From Sarea resinae (Eukaryota), in assembly GCA_026026165.1 (NCBI GenBank), contig JAPEUD010000099.1:1-64000 (forward strand): 64,000 nucleotides of DNA, read 5' to 3'. The position numbers were made by a program, and so were the translations under genes. This document shows, one piece after another, positions 26,296 to 38,075 of the stretch. How positions within the stretch are numbered: the stretch's first letter is position 1; each line of letters opens with the position of its first letter. The notes below the pieces were generated by a model. That model was not told the DNA's origin. It saw nothing but the letters and a program-made list of their open reading frames with translations, and did not search any database.

Positions 26296-29056
26296 ATAGC
26301 AGTGATAGCTATATTATCTGAAAGCTACACTTCTGTTCTATAATTAATTACTATATCTGCTTCTAGGACTAATCCTAACGTGCAGAGGAAGCGCTAGCAG
26401 ACAACAACTATTTCTGCACTAATATCTGCGCTAACCACGCTACAGACATCCTCTTCTGCATTGCTAACCCTTATATTAGCGCTGTTAGCATCGAATACTA
26501 ATTAGTCTCTGCTAGAAGCGTTAGCAGATAAGGTTATACCTAGCAGAATAAGTGCAGAGGCTAAGCTCTACTATATTATCGCTAAGTTGTAGGAGTGGCA
26601 GGTGACGCCTTTAACTCTTATAACGTTCTAGCTAGAATATATAAAGGATAATTAAAACTTCTGCTAAGCTAAGCAAAGGAAAGACCTTATTAGATTAGTC
26701 CTTAGATTTAATAATATTAACAATCTTCTGTTAGAAGCAGATAAAGGCCTAGCTATAGTAATAGACAGCAGTATTAGCCTTATCCGCGGCGAATTAAACT
26801 AGCTATAGAATTGTTGTCAGCTGTTTAGCTAATACAGTAAAGACTTAGACTTTAAGACACTTAATATAACTCGCTCTGCAGGCAACATCTTAGAGATAGC
26901 GCCTATGTTATCACGACTAATTAGCAGTGCAGCTGAATTGTAGTATGCAGCGAAACATTAGCAGAGGACCTATTTAGCAGACGCTAGACAACTTGTTATA
27001 ACAGCATCTATATTCTGTCTTAGCTACGCTAAATCGTTAATGAATTGCTTTGCCTGCCTACTAGGATTATATCTATAAGACTCTAGGTTGACACAGCGTG
27101 CGCTAAGCACGCTCTATAGCCTAGGTCTAGTGGATAGATATCGCATAATAGACATGCAGAAACAGCAGATATTAGATTAGAGTAAGAAACGTGTCCTCTA
27201 AACGCTACTATCAGCTAGGGCTAACTAAACAAAGGCAGATATCTGCTTAGCCGCGCAGACATAGGACTACACTATTATATATAACAACTTTAAATGGCAT
27301 GTAAAAACATAGCATCAAACAGTTAGTTATACTAGAACGCTCTACTTATACACCACTAGAAAACTCCTACGCAGACAATGTTTACTAAGCAAAGGACTAA
27401 CACAAGACATGTTCTACTCTAATGTTTGTGCTAATATAATGACTCTTCTAGAAGCAGATAGAAATTGAGTCGATAAAACGCAGGCGCAGATATCAACGCA
27501 TTTAGTTGCTAGTGCTATTCGCACAGCATGTCTAGACGTTGTTAATGCTATATTCGCAGCAGATATTAATGCTTTCCTGCAAATGCCAGCTGTTAACGTT
27601 CTTCTGCCCTTGCAAATAGAGCATATAACTCTTAGACTAATCACTAAATCTAAGGGCTCTATAGCAGGCATATATTAGGTGTTAGACAACATCTTTGCTA
27701 GCTAACTAGGGAAGGATACAGTCGACTTTAAAAACAAGTTAGTGTTAGTATTTAGTGACTAGAAAACAACAGCGCTAATCTGCTCTTATTAGCTTAAGCG
27801 ATTAGAGGCAGCAGATATACATAATCGACTTAATTAGATATTATTAGTACCTAGCCTCTTTCACTTGCAGATAAACCTACTAGCATTGATTGTTAGATCG
27901 CACTACAGCAGACAAAGCAGTCTCAACTAATACTCAACGTTATATTCGCATATAAATTACCTTAGTCGTCAGAATATACCCGCAGATAAAGCGCTGTTTC
28001 ACTACTAGCAAGAGCTTGTTTAACATAGCTTTCAGGCCAGAATAGTTGCACTATTTATATCACAACTGTCTGTTTTATATAGACAACAGAGTAAAGGCTA
28101 ACTAGATAAGATGCTCTGCAAAATGACTCCTACAAACTTTCTCGCTTAGGTAGAGAATATCTGCAAAACTGTCTTCTCTGCTGCTAGCTATTAGGAGTTA
28201 GCTTAATATAAGAAGGATATACATAGTAGAGATAGAGATATAGCAGGTGCTAGTTGAAAGCAGAATTATAAGCAGCAGCATCTCCTGCATGATTCTAAGT
28301 ATTTCAATCACATCTGCTTTCTGCACTATGTAGAAACATACTTAACCTTAAGGCATGCTATTAAATTCGCTGATATTGGTTTGCTTTGCCGCGCGATTAC
28401 CTGTAGCTGTCTGTATTTTAGCAGAAGTGGTTCGCATAACTATTCGCAGGAGATAATCTAATTTTAGCAGCTAATATTAACGCTAACGTGTGATCTGTGT
28501 CTGCAGGAGGCTATACTTGCGAATAGTCTTGTCAGCAACTACAACAAACTAGGTGCCTTTATAGAAGTCGATTAGATAAACAAGCTGTTAAATCTAGAAT
28601 TAAAGACTATCTTATAGACTAAAGGCAATTCAACGTTCGATATAACAGCTTTATTTAAATAGTTAGTGCTGCTGACTAGCTATCTTACTCTGCTCTATAC
28701 TGAGTTTAAGTTTGCATTTAGCGAGCAGACAAACACTTCTTATACTAACAAATCTGCTGCTACAGATATTAGGAGTCTTGCAGATATTATTGCCTAAGAC
28801 TCTATAATCTGCTGCAAGGATAGGATGTCTGTATATATAGCTCTAGGATTGTTGCAATTAGGTGTTATACAACTAGCTTAGAAGGGGCTGCCTACGCTTG
28901 CTAGCAGATATATAGATCTAGATAAGGAGGGTATTTCTAATATAGACTAACAGATAGTAGAGGTGTTAGTAGGCCTTGATATAAGTATATCTTAGCGGCT
29001 TTATTATGATTTGTATAATAGCTGACTTTATTGTAGGCACTAGATACCTGATTAGT
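26296..29056 (+). pseudogene. Academ-type (DUF6589-like) transposase with many RIP stop codons; boundaries approximate
   Basis: Translated relics: LLVPSLFHLQINLL (~27841), FNHICFLHYVETYLTLRHAIKFADIGLL..YF..SGSHNYSQE (~28303-28450), AILANSLV..FIEVD..NKLLNLELK (~28509-28605). Confidence 0.75.
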
Positions 29057-29174
29057 ATAGCGGACGAACGCATGATTATACCACTTCCTAGTTATATACT
29101 AAATCATGATTGCAATTTAATTCTATCTACTATTGTGTGCCTAACTAGCTAGCTGTTAGCTTAGCCACGTCAGA

Positions 29175-30840
29175 CTAACAGCCTATACAGCAGATAATGT
29201 TTAGGATCTTAAGGATGTCACTTGCTATACGCGACTGCCTTGCTCTTAGATCTGTAATGTCTGCTTGCAAATCAGCTATTAAGTCATTGCTAATAGCGGC
29301 TGCAGCAGCAGAAGGTCCTGCAGACGCAGAAGAAGGTGCTGTTGTAGCGACAGTATGTCCTGCAGACGCAGACAAAGCGGCTAGCTAATAAGAAGGACGT
29401 TAGCAGGGCTAGGTTTCAGCAAGAGGTGAGTCGCTAGCTGTGTCTTTATCTAGGTCATTATTATTAACAGCTTCCTTAGTCTTCTGTTGCTAAACAATTC
29501 GTTAGCTAACCTAGTCTAATATACATATGCATTAAACATACCTTCTATAGCCTTTTGCCACTGTCTAACGCATTATTCTTGCGCTTTTTGCCTTTATTAA
29601 GACATAAAGAGGTGCAGACAGCCTTCTTAATATGTCAGCTATAGCGGATATTCACTATAACATACTACTGCTATAGCGGATATAGCGGATAGATATACTA
29701 GAGGAGTATTATTATTATTCGCATTGATTACACACAGTTTTCTAGCCTAGCAACACCTTGCGCAACTGTCTCCTAGCTTAACTATATGCTTCTTAACTTC
29801 TTAGCAGTAGACCTTGCAAGGGATGCCTTTTTTAACACATTGTTTGCACTTGTAGGTTAGCTCTATGCCCTAGTATAGGTCGTTGAATATTAAATCAGCA
29901 TAGGTATAGGCTTTCTAGCGAGTCTCCTTTAGCCTATTCTAAACAGCGTCTAAACACGTCAGCTAGTCTAGTTTAGTTAGACGTGCAATAAACCACTGTT
30001 TATTATAAAATTAGCATTGCGCACAGTTCTCTATAGCGGCAGATAATTAGGCCGCGGCGGCAGACAGGCTAGCAGCAAACAGGTTAGCGGCAGACAGTTA
30101 GGCGGCGGCAGACGATTAGGCGATAGCAGCAAACAGCTTATCTTCAAACAATTTCAAAGCTTTAGCATTGTTATTATCCTCTAAGACAAACCCTAAAGAC
30201 TAGTCTAACGCATACTCTGCTATCCCTTTACCTTTGTCCTTTAGCCCTATATCTAAGTTATCTTTATCTAATGATTTGTCTGCTAACTCTTTACCTTTAT
30301 CCTTTAGTAGCGCTGTACCTAATTCACCTTTGTTAGAGGGTTTGTCTGCTGCTGCCCTTTTAGTATATTGTTTAATTTCTGCACGTGGCGGCAGGCGGAT
30401 TAGGAAGGGATATTCCGACTAATACTTGATTGCAGGGGCAGCAGACGACTTAGCAGAGGCAGCAGACAAAACAGCAGCGGCAGATAAGACAGCAGCGGCG
30501 GCAGATAAGACAGCAGCGGCAGCAGAGACAGCAGCGGCAGCAGACTTAGCAGCAGCAGCAGACTTAGTCCTAATTAGAAGTCAGTTATTATATCTGATAT
30601 AATAAAGAAAAGTTTAAGATCAGGTTAGTTAAACAGTTAAAACTTACATGACTAATGTTAAGGTTTCCTCTCTAATCAGACAAAAGTTATTAGCAGCTAA
30701 CATACTATAAAGTTGCTAGTAAGAGGTTAGAGTTAGTTAGAAGTGTTAACTTACACTAGCCTTAAAGCACCTTTAGTACTATTCGCAACGTTTAACAGAT
30801 ATTGCTCTAATACACTGTTCTTAGCGAAGTTATCAGCTAT
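29175..30840 (-). pseudogene. Third transposon gene: intron-containing, Ala-rich repeats, Zn(II)2Cys6-like motif, C-terminal coiled coil
   Basis: C-x2-C-x6-C-x17-C-x2-C-x6-C at 29732-29848. Two GTAAGT...CTAAC...AG introns lie at ~30595-30755, and the C-terminus reads IADLQADITDLRARQSRI. Boundaries approximate. Confidence 0.55.
30435..30566. repeat. GCAGCGGCAGA(TAAG/CTT)-type minisatellite inside the transposon
   Basis: Repeated gcagcggcagataagaca / gcagcagacttag units of 18-21 bp; they encode Ala-rich repeats on the minus strand. Confidence 0.8.
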
Positions 30841-31118
30841 AATAATAGCAAGGATAATATAGATGTTAGTTATCAATAATTGACAGGCTGTAGCAGAGTT
30901 ATTAAACAAAAGAGGTGCGATGTTAACAATGTTAATAAGGTTAACAAGGTGATAAGGTTGATAATATTTGCAGGTTAGCTATATAAAGAAGTGGTTCTTT
31001 GTTTAAACAAAGAAATCGCTAGTCAACTATTCACTTGATTTATTAGGTGTACTTGTTTGCTAGATGCAGAAGTTGATAGCAGGTAGAGGTGAGTATTTAT
31101 ATCTACCTTAGCTAGAGG

Positions 31119-33539
31119 CTAATGTCTCTTATGTGATCTATTAGGTGTGTCTAACAGAGTGTCAACTTGTAGTATATGACGCGGATCAATAACAGGTGGC
31201 AAATCAGCTAGCTGACTAGATATATCAGATGCAGATAATAAGGACAAGTTAGCTACAGCTAGTATTAAGGCTGCAGGTTGCATAGTTAAATCCTCTGCGT
31301 ATATACAGGCTAACAACGCACTTAATTCAGACTAGCTAAGATCACTACCAGCCTATTCTGCATATCTTAGCAACGAACCTACATTATAAATACTAGTCTT
31401 CTAAACGCATATCTGCTGTATAACGTCCTCTAATATTATACATCCTGCTACAAGGACCTAGGTCATGTCCTTGTACTTTGTCTGTGTCTGCTCTAACATC
31501 TACTACTTAATCTAAACAGCTATATATTTGTTAGAGTAGCTGGATCGCGGCGTAATACCTGAGTTTAGCGGTTAAAAGTATAGCTTCCTAGATAAAACTA
31601 GCTCTAGGTTGCAGTTTAAACAGCAACGTCTGTGTAGAACAAGTTCCTTAGTGTTTTTGTCTGCTAGCTGCTTATTAAACGCCTGCATAAATATTGCCTG
31701 CAAGCAGCCTTTCTCCTCGTTCGCAAAATTGTATAGCAGAGGAGGAAGCTCTGCTCGCTGTTTGTATACATCTTTGTGCTTGACTTTCACAGGCTAAGGA
31801 CCTATTTCAGCTAGTACAGCAATATGCAACCCCTCTAGACTTAGCTCTTGCATTATCTGCCGTTTAATATCTGTGTTAGCTGCGTTGTCATCTGATAATG
31901 CAACAGAGAAGACAGCAGAATCAACACTTATACTGTTAGAGTCTGCGCTTTTATATGCCTGCTCTTGACTTAATAGACTTAGCTAAGACAAGGAAGTTGA
32001 TGTCTGCGCGGCAGATGTCTGTGTGCTAGATATCTGCGATCTTAACTGCTAGCTATTATTACTACCTGCTTACCTTGCCCTAGTCTGCACCCTAGGACCT
32101 TTACACTACTTATTAATAAAAAAAATTGCCTCTCCTTTCTAACTAGCACCTTGTGCTGCCTGACTAAATCGTTGCTATACTAAGCTTAGAAGGCGATCAC
32201 AAAAGATGCTAAGATAAACCACCTGCTTAATATCTACGACGTCTGCACCCTAGGCAACTGCATCTAAACAGAGCAACACTTTTATTCTTAACTGCAGCTG
32301 TGAAAACTCTGCCTATATCTGCTCTTTGTCTTGCTTTGCAAGGGTAGCGTAGTACATATCAACTGTGTGCATTGCTAACCGCGCTAAATATCTGCGGTCT
32401 CTTAGCCACTAACAGACCTTGTTGCAGGCTTCTATAAGCTGCTGTTTACTGTTAATAAATATCGCTGTCTTTAGGATCTGCTACAGAGTTAGACAGTAAC
32501 GTCGTTTAGTATAGCTACTATTAGCAGACAGCACAGGCGTCTTAGATTCTATAGCTAGCGCGGCTAATGCAAGAGATTCTAGCCTAACCGCGGCAGATAT
32601 TCTAATGTTCGCAGATATAGTTAGCTAGGACCTAGCTATATCTGCAGTGTCCTTAGCACAGCCCTTAATAACAAAGTATAGGCAGTCAAATGACTTCTTA
32701 TCACTGCAGCAGATATATTCGCAGATAATAGCTAGCTCTAGTCGATTAATTAAGGTGCAGATCAATTTGACGTCGTTATTAAAGCAAGTAAGCTAGTATA
32801 CCTTTGTAAAGGTGTTGTTATCTAGTGTTGCAGTGCAAGCAAACTAGGGCTTGTTTCCTAGAAATCTGCAGAGGATACTAAGCTTAGCATAGGAGCTGCA
32901 AAAGGAGGACTAGTTTGAAATTAGATGAACCTTATCTAGCACTACAAGCGCTATCTGCTCCTGCAATTGTATGTCTTTCTATATCCGCTTAAAATTTGTG
33001 CTAACTGCAAGCTCTAGTGAGATTAGAATGTGTGTATATTTGCAATTGCAGATATCCTTAAGGAGTTAGTTGTTATTGTTCTAACCTGTTATATAAACAG
33101 GCTTTATACTTGTAAGCTCCTTTATCTGCATAGTCTGCTTATCTCTAATCTTATTTAGCAGAAGAATAACAATAACAATAGCGTTGCAGACTAGACACAG
33201 AATTGACTGCATAATTATACTCTTACTAAACGAAGTTTTAGCAACTAGAAAGAGATCTTTCTTAGTGTATATCAGCTAGCAGAGCGCCTGCAGCTGACCT
33301 ATCCTTCTGCTATATAGGTATATCGCGCAGATAATTGCATTAATTGCTGCAAGCTATGCCTATTTGTCTGTATAGTAGAGCTCTTAAAGTCTGTCTTGCA
33401 AGGCCTATATTTGACGCTCTTTATCTGTAGTAAGGTTGCTATATGCTATTGCTTCTGCTTGTAAACGTTCTTTATCTGCAGAGAGTAGCTGCAGTAGGCA
33501 GACATATTTGCCCTAGTTAGAGCGTCTTCTTTAAGGCAT
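31119..33539 (-). pseudogene. RecQ-like superfamily 2 helicase of the transposon, RIP-mutated; 3' boundary approximate
   Basis: Walker A relic DLFLVAKTSFSKSIIMQ (~33210-33260), DExH relic LVVLDKVHLISN (~32915-32950), CLTAIL (motif III), VDMYYA, VLLCLDAVA*GADVVDIKQVV (motif V) and QRFSQAAQG (motif VI). Confidence 0.8.
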
Positions 33540-34505
33540 CTAGCAAATATAAGTGATCTAATAAGGAGACTATAGCTTTTTCTAACCTTATATAATTCTC
33601 TAAAGTCGTTACAGCTGATATAGTGCAGGCGTTGTTGTGATATTAAGGTGGAAATAATCGTCCTATAGTAAATCTACTGCTTATTAGTGCAAACAGTTAT
33701 TTTCACTTTAAGGCATAAGATAATCTAATTAACTGCACCTGTTACAATACAATTAGGACTATTTAATAGCCCTGTTAAAACTGTATAGATAATTAGATTT
33801 CTATAGCCGCAGCAGATGTGGTTGTAGATATATGCTGATAAACTTATTCGCTATACAGATGAAAAATCTGGTTTTGCTGCAAATTTTCAGAAAAATTGCC
33901 TCAGACCACATTTTCGTGGATTACCCTTTCGGGAATGCTTAGTCATTCATCCGAACGGGCCGGATGTTAATCCGGATCCACGTGATGTGGTCTGAGTCTA
34001 CTGAGGCAACCTAGATCTTCAGCCCCGCCAGCTCTTCAGCTGTCCCTCGGCCCCTCGACCGCGCCGCAACTGCTTTGACGAGCCATTCCAAGCATTCCGA
34101 AAGTTCCCCGACTAAAGTCAAACCCTTGCTTATACGGGACAAAAGCATGAGATGTTTTTTATAACTCAGCGATTTCTAACCGAACATACATATGCCTGAG
34201 CTCGAATGCTGGTCTTGTCTTCGCTGCTCGTGACCCTATACCTTAGATTCAACCCTATTAGCGTGCTGGATCACCGCGTCTCCAGCGCGACTATTGTCGA
34301 AGCCTATATCGCTCACCGACGCCCCAGCTGACCTTCCGGTCTCTTAATCACACGCAGTATTCCGGGATATTATAAGAATCTGTTGAAGAGTTGAGAAACG
34401 ATACCGGGCCAGAAATTTTACCCGGGGCCGGGTTCTCACATCCCGAAGCGGATTCAACATTGCAAATCTGGTACATTGTACGGATCCGAATAACAACAAA
34501 ATATC

Positions 34506-36110
34506 ATGGCAACTGGAGACAAGCCTGCGCGCGCAGGGCGGCCTATGCTGCGACATAGTTCAATGACGGGTGGATCGTACATTCAAGATCACCAGCAATA
34601 CCGGCCCCAGCCTACGGAGAACGGCATCGATGGCATTGTTGAGAGCAACCATGACCCCATCGAATCCGATGGCCAGCTGCTCTACCCCGTCAACAATGAG
34701 AGCTCTCCAAGTCCCTCGCGGATCAAAGACAGCGGCATCATTCATGCAATGTCGCATCGGAATTGTCAGCCGGGGCCGGACGACGCTAAAAAGGTGGTTG
34801 CTACAATATTTTACAAGAGTGATCGCCCACGGCCTCCGCCCGTCGATGCGTCAAAGGATGATCTCGAGCCTGAAAATGTCTTGGAACCCACCTATCAGAG
34901 AGGAGCAGCTCCTATTCAGAACGTCAAGGACTACCCTCTAGAACTGCCACCACCTGAGCCTGAGCCTCTCGACCATCTATACGGGCCATATGTCTCACAA
35001 ATATGTTTAACATACTTCCTTCACATCCTTGATGAATTACAACACCCTTACCAACGGGTCACTTCTTCACATCGTTGCCTAGATTCGCCATCACATCCGA
35101 GAGTGATGGATATAATGTTTTCTCCTCCGCCTAGTCCAGAGTACCTCTCCTTCGAGGAATTACGGAGACACGAAAGCATATGGCGATTTGAAAGAGAGTG
35201 GAATGTAGAGGTCGTGCTGCAACATGAGGACATCTTCAGAAAGCATAAGCGATTAGCAGTCTTTGATATGGATAGCACTCTGATCCAGCAGGAGGTCATC
35301 GATGAGATCGCGAGGGAGATTGGTGTACAGGATGAAGTCTCAGTAAGCCTTGACAGCGGCCTTGGAGATTAGAAAACAAGCTGACTATCAAGGCTATCAC
35401 TGCGCGTGCAATGAATGGCGAGCTTGACTTCACTGCATCTCTTGAGGCTCGTGTAGCGCTTCTCAAAGGCGTCCCCGCTGACGTCTTTGAGAAGCTGAAG
35501 TCCGTCATTACTTTAACACCAGGGGCTCGCGAACTCTGCACAGCCTTGAAACGATTAGGTTTCAAGCTTGCCGTACTGAGTGGCGGATTCATGCCGCTCG
35601 CCCAATGGCTGGCTAACGAGTTGGGCATCGACTATGCGCATGCAAACAACGTAAGTCGAGGCTTTGATAAGACGAACGTAGACGAGCTACTCATTTCCAC
35701 GAGTACTTATTGCTAATATGTAATTCCAGCTTGTTGTGTCTGAGGACGGCCGCTCGCTGACCGGCGAACTCACTGGCTCCATCGTCAATGCCGAACGTAA
35801 AGTACAACTTCTTCGCACCATTGCTGCGCGGGAAAACATTCCCCTTCACCAGGTATTAGCCGTCGGTGACGGTGCCAACGATCTCCCGATGCTGAAGGCT
35901 GCCGGCCTGGGTGTCGCCTTCAACGCCAAGCCCCTCGTGCAGCTTGAGGTAAATGAAGCTCAATCTTGCTGGTTCACTACCGTATGCTTGATATGATAGC
36001 TGACGTGCTTTCGACAATAGGCTCCTGCGCGCCTCAACTCCGACAGTCTGCTCGATGTCCTTTATCTGTTGGGCTTTACTAAGGAAGAGCAAGAGGCGAT
36101 ACTAGAGTAA
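34506..36110 (+). CDS. SER2: Phosphoserine phosphatase (HAD family), 4 exons
   Basis: KRLAVFDMDSTLIQQEVIDEIA, AMNGELDFTASLEARVALLKG, LAVLSGGF, AVGDGANDLPML..AGLGVAFNAKP. Introns at 35343-35392, 35651-35729 and 35949-36020. Confidence 0.95.
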
Positions 36111-38075
36111 TGATCGACGTCCGCATTCATCGGCCCTGCTTCCCCCACAGAATGCGCCGCGGGGTACTCTCACCCTTGATTCAACACTCGTGCGTAACAC
36201 TAACTATCATCTACCCCTTCCTCTCCCGGCCCGCCGTCACTACCCCTCGGCCGCTTCCCTCCTACCTGTTCGCTGCTGCTGCCACTATAAACAACTTCCA
36301 CCTCGCTTTCTACTACGGCCCATGGAAGCGTAAGGATATTGTCTACCATGCCCCCAGCTTCGAGCCCACATAAGTGCCTCTGTCCGCCCTCTGGCCGGTG
36401 AGTGCAGCTTCGACCAAGGCATATATCGAAGCTTTCTGTCATAGAGTTTATCAGAACATGTCACGAAAAAGCGATATCCTATAGCGATGCCTGAACGATG
36501 ATTTATTCAGATACAAAACCCTCAGCAGCTAGCCGTCACTGCTTTTGAGTTTGACCTCGTGCAAAGCCAGTCATGATGTCTCAGTCTGATGAACGTGCAG
36601 ACCTAGTATTGTTCAAGTGAAGATAGGTGAGACGAAAGATGGACGTGGTTGGCGATCATATCTTAGTATTTACTGAAGGTACTGCAGGTGAGAGACATGA
36701 TCAGACGATGTTGAGCGTGCTTCGTACCGTAGGTATATACTCAGGCTATTGCGTACTATGAGATCACTGCAGTGTGTGGTCCAATCAATACTGGCCTTTG
36801 CTTTTTGTAGGTAAGGTAGATTGAGGTTCAGCTCCTGACCCTCGTCGATGATGACGACAGATGGCCGGACGGGGTCGTCTGGTGCTGTGCTGTGCATGGA
36901 TAGCGGTTGTTGCTGCCTCGTATGAAGCACACATCCTCGTACTTCCAAGCTATTTGTGTGCTGGTGTCTGGTCATTCCGAGCGCGTACGAGACGATCGAC
37001 CATACCGCAGTAAGCGTTCCCGTCGCTTGTCCGTCACATCCTTCAAGGGGCACATTCAATGATTCGAGGCTCGGGTGTGCAGGGTAGCAACGGGAACGTC
37101 GGTAAGATGGTGTCACGCAGATCAAAGGATAAGATCAATGAAGACGGGAATCATTCATCAATAAGCAAAACAATACTCGAGTACTCTAATGGATGCCTTT
37201 GTTATTCGTCCCGTGCGACCATAACAATTAGGTACGAAGTACTTGGTACCTTGAGGTGGTTACCTTAGTAAGGTACCTACCATAGTACTCGTACTCGTAC
37301 TCTACCCGGCAGTACGAAGTTCCACGTACTACGTCGTAGATGAACTCGTAGATCGACCTCGCGTTGCCTGTTGCCGCCCGACGGGGTCAGGTAGATCTAC
37401 TTCTGTATCTCAAGCGAGTCTCCCAGCCGCCCAACTACCCAGCTTTGTCTACTCCGGAGTAGTGCAACTGACTCTCCCCATCATTATTACTCGTAACCTT
37501 GCACTAGCACTCTGCTGCTTCGCCGCCCGTCCACTCGTCGAGCCGTTGTGCAGAGCGAGAGTCAGCAGCACAGCTTCAGTTGGACTTCGTCTTCTCCATC
37601 TTCGGACCACAACACCTCCCACAACATCCAGAGAATCGAATTTCCACCTTCTTCGTCGCTCACAGATGACGCTGGTGATTTCTCTCGTCCATTCCCTCTC
37701 GGCGCGGGAGGGCCATTAGATCAATTCCTTCAAAGTTCTCGTCATTCCTTTGATCACTTTATCCTTGGCTATACTTCTCGGCGTCCTCCGCATTACCATT
37801 CCATCTCAAAACGAGAGCTGATTGCTTCACAACCACGCTGGCCGAGTACGTCAAACTGTCCCTTGGCGGTCTTTGTAAAGGATCAACTCACCTACTGACC
37901 GCGAGGTTTTGGACACTGCAGTTATCTATTCCTTCAAGGCTGGGCCCACGGCGGCCGGCTTGCCGCCTCGTCCCGACCTTCGTCTTCCCACCTTCGCTCC
38001 TACTCCTCCAATAATCCAAAGCCCGCTTCCCCAAAACCGATATCTAAGTCTCACTCGACGTCCGCTCTTTCAAAA

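Larger units (their letters stand above)
26096..34009. mobile_element. AcademH-like DNA transposon (7914 bp), RIP-inactivated
   Basis: TSD CCTAGATCT at 26087-26095 and 34010-34018. TIRs TTGCCTCAGTATACTCAGACC (26096-26116) and GGTCTGAGTCTACTGAGGCAA (33989-34009) match 20/21. The interior is AT/TpA-rich, with convergent transposase and SF2 helicase relics. Confidence 0.9.

Noticed and set aside
31119..33539. Host RecQ/Sgs1 or telomere-linked helicase gene
   Set aside because: It lies inside TIRs and a TSD next to a transposase and is riddled with stops.
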